A stretch of DNA of 64,000 nt from Candidatus Falkowbacteria bacterium (GTDB lineage: Bacteria; Patescibacteriota; Patescibacteriia; Patescibacteriales; UBA12075), in the NCBI GenBank assembly GCA_003514005.1, contig DOSJ01000018.1, forward strand, positions 33,105-97,104, in the 5' to 3' direction. Under the pieces are notes generated by a model. It searched no databases, was not told the DNA's origin, and saw only the letters and a list, made by a program, of their open reading frames with translations. Both the position numbers and the translations under genes were made by a program. Every line of letters starts with the position of its first letter. Positions within the stretch are counted from its first letter, which is position 1. Below, in pieces: positions 16,993 to 26,239 of the stretch.

Positions 16993-17790
16993 TTATTTAA
17001 TATTTTTTAGCTCACTAACCACCCTAACCGCCGCCCTTTCCCCGCTTTCAATCAACTTCCCGATATCGGAAAATTTGAAGCTGTCCAAAGTGCTTCTTAT
17101 TTCCGGGCAGATCAAAATTATTTTTGTGTTTGGGTTGGTGTTGTTTATCTTATGTAATACTGCCTGATTACGAATTATTTCGTATGATTGCAACAATGTG
17201 GTAATAATTCCCGGATTTTTCAATTTTACATCACTCTTTAACATTAAGTCAACCCCGATAATTATTTCCGCGCCCATTTTCTCTGCCGTATCAATTGGCG
17301 TTGGATTTACTACTCCCCCGTCAATCAAAAATTTTCCGTCCTTGCTGACTGGCGGGAAAATACCCGGAACGCTGATGCTGGCCTGGACTGCTGTCGCCAT
17401 TGGTCCGTTTTTCAAAATAACTTCCCGTCCATTTTCCAAATCAGTCGCCATGACTGAGAAGGGTAAAATCGTATCGGTAAATTCCTTATCGCCGATAAGT
17501 GAATGGATGAATTCAAATACTTTTTCACCTTTGATTAGTGACGAGGTTGGTCGGCTAATATTGAGCCATTTGATAAAATCACGCTTGCGCAAATTTAGGA
17601 CGGTTTCCTCGATTTTTTCAATGCTCATTCCCGTGGCATAGCATGAACCGACAAGCGCGCCCATACTGCATCCGCATAAAAGGTCAAAGCGAATGTTTTC
17701 GCGCAACAAAACTTTCAAAACGCCGATATGCGCGATTCCCCTGGCGCCGCCTCCGCCCAAAACAAGTCCGATTTTTTTCCGATTAGGCAT
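16993..17790 (-). CDS. Patatin-like phospholipase
   Basis: GGGGARG oxyanion motif, GCSMGA (GxSxG), and a DGG motif. Confidence 0.8.
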   Translation of the reverse strand: MPNRKKIGLVLGGGGARGIAHIGVLKVLLRENIRFDLLCGCSMGALVGSCYATGMSIEKIEETVLNLRKRDFIKWLNISRPTSSLIKGEKVFEFIHSLIGDKEFTDTILPFSVMATDLENGREVILKNGPMATAVQASISVPGIFPPVSKDGKFLIDGGVVNPTPIDTAEKMGAEIIIGVDLMLKSDVKLKNPGIITTLLQSYEIIRNQAVLHKINNTNPNTKIILICPEIRSTLDSFKFSDIGKLIESGERAAVRVVSELKNIK

Positions 17791-17794
17791 ATTT

Positions 17795-19423
17795 TTACGC
17801 GATTACTTTGCCGCCAAAAGTCTTTAGCATATTATCAATCAAATCATCATTGTCTTTTTTGTCTTCCGCCTTGTTGTCTGTATTTAAAAATGGCTGAGCG
17901 TTTGTTGCTTGATCCTCCTTTGCTTCATTAACGACTTCAACATCCAAATTTTCATCAACAATCGCCTCGACATTTATCGGCTGACCATAAACCTCTAGCA
18001 AGACTTTTTCAATTATGCCTTTTATGCTGACATCATTGATTCTGTCCTTGTGGAATTTGTATTTAAAAGCCAGACAAAGCTTATTGCCAACAATATCGCG
18101 CGGTTCGCAGACGCGCAGAATAAATATCAGGGAATGGTTATGCTTTTTGATATGGATCAAAACTTCGTTCCATTTTGCCATCAAAGCCTCTTTGTTTATC
18201 CCGACAATATTCTGCCCAATACCGGCAGTATTCGCCGCCATATTAGCTTGCGCGATTTTTTGCGCTTCCGGTCTTGGCGCGGTAGGCGTTTGCGGACGGG
18301 GCGGAATCGGCATGCGGTTGGCGGCCGGCATTGGATTGCAGATTTCTACAACCGCTATTTCTAAAGGTAGCTGCGCGATAAAACTACCCTTGATCTTGTC
18401 TTTCGTACTAATAAGTTTTTCTATAATCGTGGTTACACGCATAAGTTCCACTTCCCGACTTATTTCATTTATTTTTATCTCTATCGCTTCACCAAGCTCG
18501 AGACCAAGTTTTTCCGAAAGCGCCGGGTTAATCTTGATAAGCATCAGCTTGCGCAAAATCTCGATCACGTCTGTCAAAAATCTTTTCAAATCTGCGCCTT
18601 CATTCAAAAGCTGATTAACAATCCCGATGCCTGTCCCGGCATCATTACGGAACAAGGACTGGATGAATTTAATCGCTTCGCCCAAATCACTGCGCGGAAT
18701 AACCAAATCGGCTTCTTTTTGTGTGATTTTTGCGCCGCCAATAACAATCACTTGCCCAAGCAGGCTTTCCGCGTCGCGCATATGCCCTTCGCTATGGCGC
18801 GCGATCGCTTCCAGTACCGATTTATCTATTTCGATTTTTTCCTGTTCGGCAATGTATTGCAATTTCTTGGCAATATCAACTACGCTGATTCGCTTGAAAT
18901 CAAAACGCTGACAGCGCGAGATAATCGTTGCCGGAATCTTGTGTACTTCGGTCGTGCAAAGAATAAATATAACCTCTTTTGGCGGCTCTTCTAATATTTT
19001 CAAAAGCGCGTTAAAGGCCGATATCGAAAGCATATGTACTTCGTCGATGATAAAAACTTTGTATTTGGAACGCCCTGGTGCAGTTCTGGTTACGCTGATA
19101 ATATTATCGCGCACATTGTCTACACCCGTATGGCTGGCTGCGTCAATCTCGATTATGTCCATGTTGCGGTTTTTATTTATCTCGACGCAAATATCGCATT
19201 TATTGCAAGGCTCATGTTCGCCGTCTTTGCGCTCGGTACAATTAACCGCCTTCGCGAATACGCGCGCGATAGTGGTCTTGCCAATGCCCCTGGGTCCGCA
19301 AAACAAATAAGCATGCGCGATCTTTCCCGAACTGATCTCGTGCTCCAAGGTAATTTTTATATGATTCTGATTGACTATCTCCTTAAAATTCTGCGGACGA
19401 TAGCTGCGGTATAATGTTGACAT
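17795..19423 (-). CDS. dnaX: DNA polymerase III subunit gamma/tau
   Basis: YRSYRPQNFKEIVNQNHI...AHAYLFCGPRGIGKTTIARVFAKAVNC, a Zn module CNKCDIC, and IIDEVHMLS. The track start 19441 is TTG; ATG at 19423. Confidence 0.85.
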   Translation of the reverse strand: MSTLYRSYRPQNFKEIVNQNHIKITLEHEISSGKIAHAYLFCGPRGIGKTTIARVFAKAVNCTERKDGEHEPCNKCDICVEINKNRNMDIIEIDAASHTGVDNVRDNIISVTRTAPGRSKYKVFIIDEVHMLSISAFNALLKILEEPPKEVIFILCTTEVHKIPATIISRCQRFDFKRISVVDIAKKLQYIAEQEKIEIDKSVLEAIARHSEGHMRDAESLLGQVIVIGGAKITQKEADLVIPRSDLGEAIKFIQSLFRNDAGTGIGIVNQLLNEGADLKRFLTDVIEILRKLMLIKINPALSEKLGLELGEAIEIKINEISREVELMRVTTIIEKLISTKDKIKGSFIAQLPLEIAVVEICNPMPAANRMPIPPRPQTPTAPRPEAQKIAQANMAANTAGIGQNIVGINKEALMAKWNEVLIHIKKHNHSLIFILRVCEPRDIVGNKLCLAFKYKFHKDRINDVSIKGIIEKVLLEVYGQPINVEAIVDENLDVEVVNEAKEDQATNAQPFLNTDNKAEDKKDNDDLIDNMLKTFGGKVIA

Positions 19424-19445
19424 GAATGTATATTTAAACAAAATT

Positions 19446-19576
19446 AATAATCAATACTCAATGTCCAATATTCAATGAATATTCAATAAATTATTTTTTT
19501 CAATATCAAACACATTTCATTTGGCTATTGAAAAATTGAATATTAATTGGATATTGAGTATTGAATATTGATTATT
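19446..19576. repeat. Imperfect hairpin built from aatattgaat/attgagtat words
   Basis: aataatcaatactcaatgtccaa... pairs with ...ttggatattgagtattgaatattgattatt, leaving a 7-nt bulge. Confidence 0.6.
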
Positions 19577-19580
19577 TAAA

Positions 19581-20306
19581 TTAGTAGCCTTTTCTAACAA
19601 TATTCTCCACCGCCGCCCAGTTGCTTTCGCCGACTTTGGGGACAAGGATTACGACTTCGTCATTGTCTTGGCCTTTGTAATATGTTACGCTAGCGGTTAA
19701 AACTTTCCATCGCTTGCTTCCATTCACAACCGTAAAGCTTCCGTTGTCTGCTTGTTCCAATACGCCGACAACTCTGATTCTGTCTATCGGGCCGATTTGT
19801 TTGTACATAAAAGTACCGGTTGGCGTAATTGTTAATTTCAGAATATCGCCTTCGATCAATTTTGATTTGCTGGCATAATTTGCCGGAACGCTATATTGCT
19901 TGCCGTCCGGTCCGATCATATTTTCGCCGTCAAATACGCCCTCGATAATCCGGCTATTGTCGCCACTTGGCCCTTGCTCATCGTCTACTCCGCTAAAACG
20001 CGGTACTTCGCCGATTTGCCCAATGCTTATGCGCGCCTCCTCTTCGGTAGTAATAGTTCCAGACAAAAGCTTTTGGATTTTTTCATTAGTTTCTTGAATA
20101 TTCTTCAATAGCTTATTTATCAAAACCACTTTTGATTTGCTAATCACAACTCCTTCGTCGTTATTTGCTTCGTTTTTATTATTTTTTTCAGCAAAGCTTT
20201 CATTTTCCAAATCTAAGTCGTCTAGGATACTTTTTGTTTGATTTTTGTTATTATTAGCTGTTTCTTCGTCTAAATCATCATCTAATAAAAAATTTGTATC
20301 TGTCAT
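19581..20306 (-). CDS. Hypothetical protein (acidic low-complexity N-terminus, globular C-terminus)
   Basis: 241-aa ORF lying between dnaX and the TraG-like ATPase. No motif recognised. Confidence 0.5.
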   Translation of the reverse strand: MTDTNFLLDDDLDEETANNNKNQTKSILDDLDLENESFAEKNNKNEANNDEGVVISKSKVVLINKLLKNIQETNEKIQKLLSGTITTEEEARISIGQIGEVPRFSGVDDEQGPSGDNSRIIEGVFDGENMIGPDGKQYSVPANYASKSKLIEGDILKLTITPTGTFMYKQIGPIDRIRVVGVLEQADNGSFTVVNGSKRWKVLTASVTYYKGQDNDEVVILVPKVGESNWAAVENIVRKGY

Positions 20307-20432
20307 ATTTTTGTTTATTTTTAGCTATTTTAAATGTTTTTTGCTTTTCTATTTTAATGATAGACTATTTTTTTGGGTTTGTAAATATAAAATTTAATAT
20401 ATAAAACTTGTGAAAAACTTGAAAAAACTCTT

Positions 20433-20566
20433 GTCATTCCCGCGAAGGCGGGAATCTCGGTAATAAAATAGATAAACAATTAATTTATATAATTTTTTAT
20501 AACAAATTTTATAGTAGTTTTGTTTTGTTCTTTTAACACCAAGATTCCCGCCTTCGCGGGAATGAC
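20433..20566. repeat. Family-1 palindromic element (arms split by an ~80-nt insert)
   Basis: gtcattcccgcgaaggcgggaatc ... gattcccgccttcgcgggaatgac. Confidence 0.85.
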
Positions 20567-20583
20567 AAAAAATGTTTAATCTT

Positions 20584-23082
20584 TTATTCCCTAAGCCTCG
20601 CTCTTCGTCTTATCTCCGCCTCTATCACATTCCGGTCTTGCCCGAATTTCAAGCGGCTAAGCGTGCGGATTTTTCCCGACATACCTTCACGAACAATGCC
20701 CGGCAAAGGGTAAAGAGTTGCCATGGAAAACGCACGGCTAGCAGTATTGTCTATCAATAGCTTTACATAAGCGGTGTATTTTTCAATATTAATCAAATCA
20801 AATTGATTGAAAACCGGGCTAAATTCTTTGGCCAGATATTCCGCGTCATCCGAACCGATCTTAAAGGCCAGCATAGTGCCGACGTTTCCAAAAACAGCAT
20901 CCTTGATCGAGGTGTCTTGTTTTTGCGAGAGTTGTCCAAGATATTGATTGGCGATAATCAAATTCAAACCGTATTTGCGCGCTTCGGAAAGAATCGAGCA
21001 GATGGAATCGGTTGTAAAATTTTGAAACTCATCAATATATAAATAAAAATCCTTTCGCGTCTCCTCGCTGATATCGGCGCGTGACAGCGAGGACATAAGG
21101 ATTTTGCCGACCAGAATCATACCAAGAAGAAACGCATTCATCTCGCCGATCCGACCCTTGGATAAATCAACCAGCAGGATTTTTTGCTTATCCATGACAT
21201 TGCGAAGATTAAAAGAGCTTTTTTGCTGGCCGATAATCGGGCGCATAGTATCGTTTGAAATAAACTGCGTTAGTTTTGATGTTACATACGGAACAACATT
21301 TGCAAGTGCCGCGTCACCACCGGCCTTTTCCGCTTCTTTTTTCCAAAAATCCACGACAGTAGGGTCAGGACATTTTTCGAGCTTCATCTTGCGAAATTCC
21401 GGGTCTGACAATATTTTTGGTATTTCCATTAGCGTAGAACCGGATTCAACATGACCCATGATAAGTAACATGGCATTGCGCATATACTGTTCAAAAATCG
21501 GTCCGCCGGTTGATTTCAGGTCATAGAGCTTGTCAAATATTTTTATCATCTCGTTGATAACAAATGTTTTCTGCTCCGGATAGCGCTCGTCAAATTCCAT
21601 TAAGTTAAGCGCAAGCGGCCGCTCCATATCTGCCGGAGAAAAAACAATAACATCTTCGGCGCGCTCCGGCGGAATCCGGTCAATGATATCGGTAATCAAA
21701 TCGCCGTGCGGATCCAAAACACAAACACCTTCGCCATTCAAAATATCTTGAATCGCCATCGAAGCGATAAGCTTTGATTTACCGGTTCCGGATTTGCCGA
21801 TTATATAGGTATGCCTGCGCCGATCCGCGCGCTTGATCCGAATATTACTTGACTGATTACGATAAACATTTTTTCCCAAAAGCAAGCCTTCGTCCGGAAT
21901 ATTTGTCGGCGCGGCGGCATGTTTGGCCATAAGCCAAAGAATATTCGGCGTTTCCGATGTTTTGAGCGGCAAATGAAACAAGCTGGCTAATTCTTCAGTA
22001 TTCAATAAAAAACCGATACCAGATTCAAAACGGCGATAAATAAAATCATTGATTAGTTTGTGCTGTTTTTTGATTATGATCTTATTATTAAAGCTGTTGC
22101 CATATTCATAACGGTTGTACTGGCTGTACGCGCTCGCCAAATTATCCAAATACAAATGAGCTTGTCCCTTGTTTTTTGCGCTGACGATAATGCGGATATT
22201 CACATCTAACCCGGCTTTGGAATTTTTTTCTTCAATCCCCTTTAACATTTCTTCTTCCATCTGCGTGAGACGCGGTGTTTGCATGTTCATTTTCTTCTGT
22301 TTATCCTCCGCCTTTTCCGGTTTTGCCGCCTTGGCTATTTCCGATAAAACCATAACAAAAAAATTCCGATCAACATTACGGAGCGCCTCTTTCATAGTTT
22401 CACCCCGATGAATGCCCGCTGTTACTTTGCCCGCCTCGCTATGCCAAGCCGGTTTCGCGCTTCTGACAAGATATTGGATGGCAAGCCCTTCGCCGTCTTC
22501 AAGTTTTGACATGACATTGATAATGGAATTCATCGGGTCGGTTTCCATCTTATTGTAAGTCTTTATCGGAAAAATCAAATTACGCTTGGTTTTTTGGTAG
22601 CCGGCGAGAACGGCAGAATCAGGGCGAAAAATATTATAATCATCAACTTCCTCGATTACAGCGCTCGGATAATGAGCGTGTACTTGCTGTTCCAGATAGC
22701 GCCCCATCTCCCGCGGAGTTACCGCGTAAAAAGCGATTTTTTTACGGCTGGCAACAAGCTCAAAAGAAAAATGATCGTTGCGTCCGAAAAACCAAGGCAT
22801 AAATCCTTTCTGCGCCCGCAAACCGCCGATGCTGGAAAAAATAGTCTCGCCTTTCGCAATCTCTTCGTGCAGCTGCTGGACCGTTACTTCGCGCTCCTGA
22901 TCACCTGGCTTGTCTTTTGGTAATTTTATCAAATAAACAACATGATCAAAAAATCTATTTTTTGCCATTATTTTTCGAATAATAATTTTTGCAATCAACA
23001 AAAAAACAAATACCGCTAATGCAACTATAATCAAAATTATTCCAGTATAAAAAATTAAATTGATGTTTAATGATTGATTCAT
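20584..23082 (-). CDS. TraG/VirD4/TraD-like P-loop NTPase with N-terminal TM anchor
   Basis: Walker A IIGKSGTGKSKL, Walker B-like LYIDEFQNF, GVCVLDPHGDL, an N-terminal TM helix, and a ~400-aa unknown domain. Confidence 0.65.
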   Translation of the reverse strand: MNQSLNINLIFYTGIILIIVALAVFVFLLIAKIIIRKIMAKNRFFDHVVYLIKLPKDKPGDQEREVTVQQLHEEIAKGETIFSSIGGLRAQKGFMPWFFGRNDHFSFELVASRKKIAFYAVTPREMGRYLEQQVHAHYPSAVIEEVDDYNIFRPDSAVLAGYQKTKRNLIFPIKTYNKMETDPMNSIINVMSKLEDGEGLAIQYLVRSAKPAWHSEAGKVTAGIHRGETMKEALRNVDRNFFVMVLSEIAKAAKPEKAEDKQKKMNMQTPRLTQMEEEMLKGIEEKNSKAGLDVNIRIIVSAKNKGQAHLYLDNLASAYSQYNRYEYGNSFNNKIIIKKQHKLINDFIYRRFESGIGFLLNTEELASLFHLPLKTSETPNILWLMAKHAAAPTNIPDEGLLLGKNVYRNQSSNIRIKRADRRRHTYIIGKSGTGKSKLIASMAIQDILNGEGVCVLDPHGDLITDIIDRIPPERAEDVIVFSPADMERPLALNLMEFDERYPEQKTFVINEMIKIFDKLYDLKSTGGPIFEQYMRNAMLLIMGHVESGSTLMEIPKILSDPEFRKMKLEKCPDPTVVDFWKKEAEKAGGDAALANVVPYVTSKLTQFISNDTMRPIIGQQKSSFNLRNVMDKQKILLVDLSKGRIGEMNAFLLGMILVGKILMSSLSRADISEETRKDFYLYIDEFQNFTTDSICSILSEARKYGLNLIIANQYLGQLSQKQDTSIKDAVFGNVGTMLAFKIGSDDAEYLAKEFSPVFNQFDLINIEKYTAYVKLLIDNTASRAFSMATLYPLPGIVREGMSGKIRTLSRLKFGQDRNVIEAEIRRRARLRE

Positions 23083-23085
23083 ATA

Positions 23086-23155
23086 TAAATTTCTAATTTC
23101 TAAATTATAATTTCTAAATAAAATAATTAGAAATTAGACATTATAATTTAGAATT
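23086..23155. repeat. Hairpin of ctaaattataat / aatttctaa modules
   Basis: ctaaattataatttctaa (23100-23117) pairs with ttagaaatt..attataatttag (23127-23151). The same modules occur at 57833-57902 and 61241-61297. Confidence 0.7.
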
Positions 23156-23162
23156 TTTCTAC

Positions 23163-25928
23163 TTATTTCTCCTCCACCAACACCGCCCGATACCTATCCA
23201 CCTTCAAATCCCCCACGTATTCATCCCCGCTCTCGCCTCCATATCGCCAGACGACTTTGAATTTTTCCGGCAAAATTATTTTGCTAAAAAATTTACTGCC
23301 AATAGTTCCCGGTTGTTTTTGCGCCATAAGCGCGTACGGGACAAGAGTTTTTTGTTCTGGATTCATAAACTCTTCAAATCTGGTTTTCAGGTCAAGCGTT
23401 CGTTCCGGCGCGACCATTTTGAATGGCAAAACATATTTGAATCTGACAACGATAGTCTCTCCCGGGTCTGCCATGCACCAATTGGCAAAAACCGTCTTAC
23501 CAGCCTCTGTATATATTTTCGTTCCGCTGTTTTCATCAATCGTTGCCTTGTTCTCGGTCAAAGCCAAATAATCGTCTTCTTGCCAACTTTCATCCGGCTT
23601 GTCAAAAAACTTTTCATCCGGAACCCGAAATCCGCTTGCCGAAATCAGCCTGCTTCCTTCCGGTACATAAACCCTTAGCCAATCAACATTGCGAACACCT
23701 GTAAAAGCATCGCCTTTTATGCCGTTGTGCCGGCGGATAATCTCCACGGTATCCGTTATTGTGCCATCTTCCGATACTTCCGTTTTATGGCTAATATCTT
23801 CATTGATCACTCTGTCGGTTTTTGCCCCGGCAATATTGGAATGCACGACCATCAAATAATCCCAAGCGGACGACCTCATCTTTCCAGTCCAAGAATAAGC
23901 ATCAGCTTTTGCCTGCAAATCGTCGTCATTAAAATATAATAAAATGTGTTTTTCGTTCAAGCTTTCCAGGGCTGAACCGGCTAATGAAAAAAATATTTCT
24001 TTACTAAGATTTTCTTTCATTACGAAGCGGATTTTTTCAAACATATCGCCGATAATTTTTTTCGGGGCATGCTGTTCTTCGCCGGTTTTCGCCGTATCAC
24101 TACTGGTAGCGTTTGCGGTCAAAGCATTTGACGAAGAGGCGGTAGTTGGCAGACTGGAAGATGCCGCTGCGTCAGCCGTAACCACCGGATCCTTAAACAA
24201 CTCCGCGCGCAATTTCAAATATTTTTGATAATCCGGATGGTCCTGCGGTTTTTGTTCAGACATTACCTGGACCAATTGCCAAAAATTTTCTGCCGTTATC
24301 GTAGCGCCGTATTTTTCGTTCATATCGAGCGGTCCAATTATTTTTAAAATACTTTCCAAAACCGTAGGCGTAAAACTGATTACGCCGTCAACGGTTGACC
24401 CGCCGCTTTTTTCATAAAACCAAGCCAGCTTCTCGGCGCTTGTCTGCCAATCCGGCCACCAATTCGCGTCCCAAAAATGCCAGAGCGGATTGACTAGCGC
24501 CAAGGGTTGCGGGGCGATTATTCTTTCTAGCAGTCCGCCTTCGGTATCATACGAACCGCCACCCGGAACATTAAGATTGATTATCTCGCCATTGCGAAAA
24601 TCAACAACTGCAAAACTGCCGATAAATCCACCGCTGGCGCGCAACTCGGCATTATTTTGAAAAACGAATAAATATCTTTTGTCCTGTTCAAAACCCAAAA
24701 AAACACGAGCCAATTTGATTATTTCAAAAAATTCTTTTATATTTCCGTTAACCAAACCGAATTTTTCCCTTAAAACGATAAATGTATCTTTGTATTCCGG
24801 CGGAAGCGCCTCTGCGTCAATTTTATTTATAACACCGTCAAGCAAAGCGGTATTGGCAATCAGTTTTTCACTTTTTGCATGCAAACTGTTTATTATCAAT
24901 TCCAGGCTTGGCTTTTCTTGATTAAATACGCTCAAAGCCTCGCTTAAATCAAAACCAATTTCCGAACTAAGCCGTCCAGCCTCCAAAATCAAATCAGCAT
25001 TTTTCGCAAGTCTTATTTCGTTGTTCGGAACGATTGAACCGACAATATTCAAAAGCACATTAAGGTCGGCAATTTCTTTTTTAGCTTCCAAAAAATTCTT
25101 ACTGGCATAAGAAAAATCCTTGCCTGCTTCGGCAAAATCCTTGTCTGTCGCGGATTGTGAGGCGGATTTTATATCTGAAATAGCGGCATTGGTCGTCCCG
25201 ATTACACGCATTTTTAGATTGTCCAAATCTTTGAATGAGGTAAAAGCCTTCAAAGGCAATATGATAACGATCAAAATAAAAATAAAATTTAAAAGCGGAC
25301 GGAAGGGCGCGATAGTTAGATTAAACGGATTAAAACGCCTAGGCGTAGGTTCTGATTTTTTAAAAAAAGAAAAAATAGATTTCTTTTCTTTTTTATTTTC
25401 TTTATTTTTGTTTACCGCAATCCCATCTTCACTTCCTTTTGTCATTCCCGCGAAGGCGGGAATCCAGGGTTTATCGCTCAATTCTGGATTCCCGCCGGAG
25501 TTTATGCCCGAATGGGTACGGGAATGACAAGAAAAAACGTTTTGAGATTTTTCAACAACAGTAGAATGTGCAGAACCAGATTCAAAAAATTGATTTTTCT
25601 TTTTAGTTTTAAATACGCTAAATATTTTAACAATAGAAATTCCAAAAAAACGAATAACAAACAAAAACACCCAGCCGAACCAAAAACAAATTTTTGAAAA
25701 AACTTTGAATAATTTATAACAAAAAACAAACAATGCCTTAAAAAGCGAAAAAAACGCCAAGCGCTTGATATGTGTTTCTTTCTTTTTGAAATGCAATAAA
25801 AACTTCTCCCAGATATTCTTTTCCGGTTCCGGCTTTGGCTCATTCGCCCTTAGCAAATCAACCAAAAAACGCGACGGCCGAGCGCTTTCATTCACATAAA
25901 CCACTTTCTTATTTTTTTTGCTATGCAT
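23163..25928 (-). CDS. DUF4012-like large membrane/extracytoplasmic protein
   Basis: YLFVFQNNAELRASGGFIGSFAVVD matches the DUF4012 signature as I recall it. N-terminal TM segments are present. The track start 25931 is TTG; ATG at 25928. Confidence 0.6.
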   Translation of the reverse strand: MHSKKNKKVVYVNESARPSRFLVDLLRANEPKPEPEKNIWEKFLLHFKKKETHIKRLAFFSLFKALFVFCYKLFKVFSKICFWFGWVFLFVIRFFGISIVKIFSVFKTKKKNQFFESGSAHSTVVEKSQNVFSCHSRTHSGINSGGNPELSDKPWIPAFAGMTKGSEDGIAVNKNKENKKEKKSIFSFFKKSEPTPRRFNPFNLTIAPFRPLLNFIFILIVIILPLKAFTSFKDLDNLKMRVIGTTNAAISDIKSASQSATDKDFAEAGKDFSYASKNFLEAKKEIADLNVLLNIVGSIVPNNEIRLAKNADLILEAGRLSSEIGFDLSEALSVFNQEKPSLELIINSLHAKSEKLIANTALLDGVINKIDAEALPPEYKDTFIVLREKFGLVNGNIKEFFEIIKLARVFLGFEQDKRYLFVFQNNAELRASGGFIGSFAVVDFRNGEIINLNVPGGGSYDTEGGLLERIIAPQPLALVNPLWHFWDANWWPDWQTSAEKLAWFYEKSGGSTVDGVISFTPTVLESILKIIGPLDMNEKYGATITAENFWQLVQVMSEQKPQDHPDYQKYLKLRAELFKDPVVTADAAASSSLPTTASSSNALTANATSSDTAKTGEEQHAPKKIIGDMFEKIRFVMKENLSKEIFFSLAGSALESLNEKHILLYFNDDDLQAKADAYSWTGKMRSSAWDYLMVVHSNIAGAKTDRVINEDISHKTEVSEDGTITDTVEIIRRHNGIKGDAFTGVRNVDWLRVYVPEGSRLISASGFRVPDEKFFDKPDESWQEDDYLALTENKATIDENSGTKIYTEAGKTVFANWCMADPGETIVVRFKYVLPFKMVAPERTLDLKTRFEEFMNPEQKTLVPYALMAQKQPGTIGSKFFSKIILPEKFKVVWRYGGESGDEYVGDLKVDRYRAVLVEEK
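25441..25528. repeat. Family-1 palindromic element inside the DUF4012 CDS
   Basis: Translated as CHSRTHSGINSGGNPELSDKPWIPAFAGMTKG. One arm is the variant gtcattcccgtacccattcgggcataaactccggcgggaatcc. Confidence 0.85.
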
Positions 25929-25956
25929 CAAAATTTTTATAAATCACTTACTCAAC

Positions 25957-26123
25957 ATTCTGAAATATATTTAATTATTTTTTTAAAATTACTCGCCCTT
26001 ACGTTTGTTACTAATAGCGTGTATGTTAAAGTAATAAATAAAATATCTTAACTTGTATTAGCATTTAAATTTTAAAAGTTTAAAGGCTTAATTTTAAAAA
26101 AATAATTAAATATATTTCAGAAT
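25957..26123. repeat. Perfect 34-bp inverted repeat flanking a 99-bp segment
   Basis: attctgaaatatatttaattatttttttaaaatt (25957-25990) and its exact reverse complement (26090-26123). Confidence 0.9.
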
Positions 26124-26239
26124 ATCGCGACTCTGATTAAGATATGTTTTCAATACAAAAGTTATCTACAACAAGTAGACTAGCTGACTATATTATACCC
26201 TAAACACACCCTCGAGCGCAAATTAAAAACCCCGGCTAA

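Noticed and set aside
17831-17850. A-rich slippery run (gacaaaaaagac) as a dnaX programmed frameshift site
   Set aside because: It lies about 20 codons before the natural stop, so a shift would not generate a distinct gamma product. There is no downstream stem-loop.
18015-18614. 199-aa plus-strand ORF, and many similar long antisense ORFs (e.g. 32504-33007, 38794-39306, 46545-47078, 17198-17641, 48888-49349, 25120-25527, 7145-7561)
   Set aside because: Each lies entirely inside a well-supported minus-strand gene (dnaX, rpsB, miaA, patatin, miaB and others). They have low-complexity or odd composition and no SD. They are shadow ORFs.
25502-25843. 113-aa minus-strand ORF in another frame of the DUF4012 gene
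   Set aside because: It overlaps the N-terminal region of the 921-codon ORF, has a Lys/Phe-rich low-complexity translation, and has no start signals.
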